A stretch of DNA of 64,000 bases, from NCBI GenBank assembly GCA_012295275.1, contig CM022671.1:14942001-15006000 (forward strand), written 5' to 3'. The stretch is from Chrysomallon squamiferum. Lineage: Eukaryota; Animalia; Mollusca. This document shows positions 62,383-64,000 of the stretch, piece by piece; within the stretch, counting starts at the first letter, position 1, and each line of letters opens with the position of its first letter. The position numbers and the translations under genes are program-made. The notes beneath the pieces were generated by a model. That model was not told the DNA's origin. It did no database searches and saw only the letters and a program-made list of their open reading frames with translations.

Positions 62383-63672
62383 TTAGAAAATATTATAATG
62401 CTTTATAACTGTATGAAAGATGGCAGATACAAAGAATTTACCTCCAAATGAACTTCCACTGTTTTTACCACTGGAAGATTTCGAGGATGTGGCGAAGACG
62501 TTGTTTTTAGAGTTTGAAGTGCTCTGGCCTAATCTAGATTCAGAATCTTGAATGTTTCCGCCGGATAACTTTTGATTCCTAAGCGAATATTTCTTGTCCA
62601 TATTTGAATTTAAAAGATCGAATATCTTTCTGTTTCCAAATTCTCGATCACCGTGCTGCCCTAAACCGAAATTGCCGTTATCAGCATTCGAAGGAAATCC
62701 ATGGAAAGGCTCCATTCTGTTTGTCAAATTCTTTGCTGTTTTCTCCAAAGTTGTGGCCTCCAAATGTGGAAGCTGCATTATTAAAGGACGACAGATCTTT
62801 TAATCCTGATCCCGTATTAGACTGAGATCCTTGCATGCTACGACTGAACTTTTTATTATAATCTCGTCCATGATTTTGGAACATGTTGCCAAAACCTTGA
62901 TTATTCAGACCATTATTATATCTATTTACGCCTTGTATATTTTCCTGGTTACTGGGAACATAATTTTGTGGAACTTGGGAAACGTATGGTGACTTTACAT
63001 TTCCAGTATTGCTATGGGTATCTGATGTATGTGAAGGATAATTAATTTGTTGTGATGGTGTTGGAACGTCATTCGGATTCTTTTGATTAATTGCATTCTG
63101 AGGATAATGACCGTTTCCTTGAGCGGGATTTTGTGGCGTTGGAATGAAACCTGCGTAAGGATTTGCATACTGGTTTGGATAACCGTAACCCACACCAGGT
63201 GGATTTTGAACAGGATAACGGTTTCCTTGCTTTTCGCTAAAAGGCCGGGCATTGTACTGTTGGAAGTTGTTTTGCAACGTTAATGGCTTGTTCACATCAA
63301 AGGCTCCTGATGGGGCTCCTGGTATCGCATGCCGATGATTCACTTGCTGTGGGCCTGGGTTAACGCCTTTCTTACTGGAAAGTAGTTTTGGCACGCCACT
63401 GCCTGTTAAACCATGCGGGTTATTACCATCAGCGTTAAACATGTTCAAGTCCAAGTCAGAGAGGAGGTCTTTGTGTTCGCCACTGTCATTTCCAAATCCT
63501 GCCAAGAGACCGTGATTCATTACCTTGCTTAGGTTGTCTTGAATGCCTATTGATTTACCGACATCTTCTAAAGGAACCGTGCATGACGATTTACAGTTAA
63601 AAAAGTTGCCGTCTGCTTCTGTGTAGCATCGGAAAATGTATCCTTTAGGGTATCTTTTGCACAGTCTGTGTT
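62383..63672 (-). CDS. Large terminal exon of an unknown protein: 4-Cys motif followed by an N/Q/G/P/Y-rich low-complexity tail; frame 1 stops at 62681 and a +1 frame continues to 62383
   Basis: A ~1-kb open frame with elevated GC in a very AT-rich background. Acceptor ttatttgcag at 63673. The exon begins CKRYPKGYIFRCYTEADGNFFNCKSSC, and an overlapping second ORF has similar composition. Confidence 0.7.
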
Positions 63673-64000
63673 CTGCAAATAACGAACAACACAACAATAA
63701 TAATGTAACAGTAATGCGAAACAAATTATGTTAATCTTTGATTTTTGTGCACTATAAACTAAAATTTTATAAACTTAATTCTGGGCATACTGATATAGTT
63801 TTAATAATATGTTTTCATATATTTTATATCACAAAACAAATCGTTTTCTTCGATTTTAGATCGTGTAAGAACTGATTTTAATTTTACTAAATGAGGGTAG
63901 ATAAAACTTATATATATGAGTTTGTTAAGATTGGAGATACTAGATGTTTTGTTAGAAATATGGTTTACATACATACATACATACATACATATATAAATAC

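Noticed and set aside
63673-63724. Signal-peptide-like MFRITVTLLLLCCSLFA at the start of the 347-aa ORF
   Set aside because: It starts at TTG, not ATG, and coincides with a T-rich tract ending in ttatttgcag. It is better explained as intron sequence before the acceptor.

Overview
This is AT-rich eukaryotic genomic DNA with many introns and microsatellites. It is most likely a lophotrochozoan or mollusc-like invertebrate (inferred from composition and gene sequences). Reading exons by hand gives six genes: (1) the 5' end of a class I myosin, MYO1C/H type, on the minus strand running off the left edge; (2) PAGR1/PA1 (+); (3) a complete ERK/MAPK1 (-); (4) a complete type I coronin (-); (5) a small cupin gene with one coding exon (-); (6) the last exon of an unknown Cys-motif, N/Q/G/P-rich protein with an apparent +1 frameshift (-). 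The most striking signal is in ERK. It has three minor-spliceosome (U12-type) introns and a tandemly duplicated 80-nt exon (30466-30545 and 29277-29356). Each copy has a U12 branch point and acceptor but a U2 donor, which predicts mutually exclusive splicing enforced by spliceosome incompatibility. One isoform keeps the SPS nuclear-translocation motif and the other replaces it with SPC. Coronin has two alternative last exons encoding different coiled coils. The PAGR1-ERK-coronin cluster mirrors human 16p11.2. Also present are a 2.7-kb tandem duplication, a ~330-bp-arm intronic inverted repeat, several MITEs and a template-switching scar. No database searches were run, so novelty is unverified.
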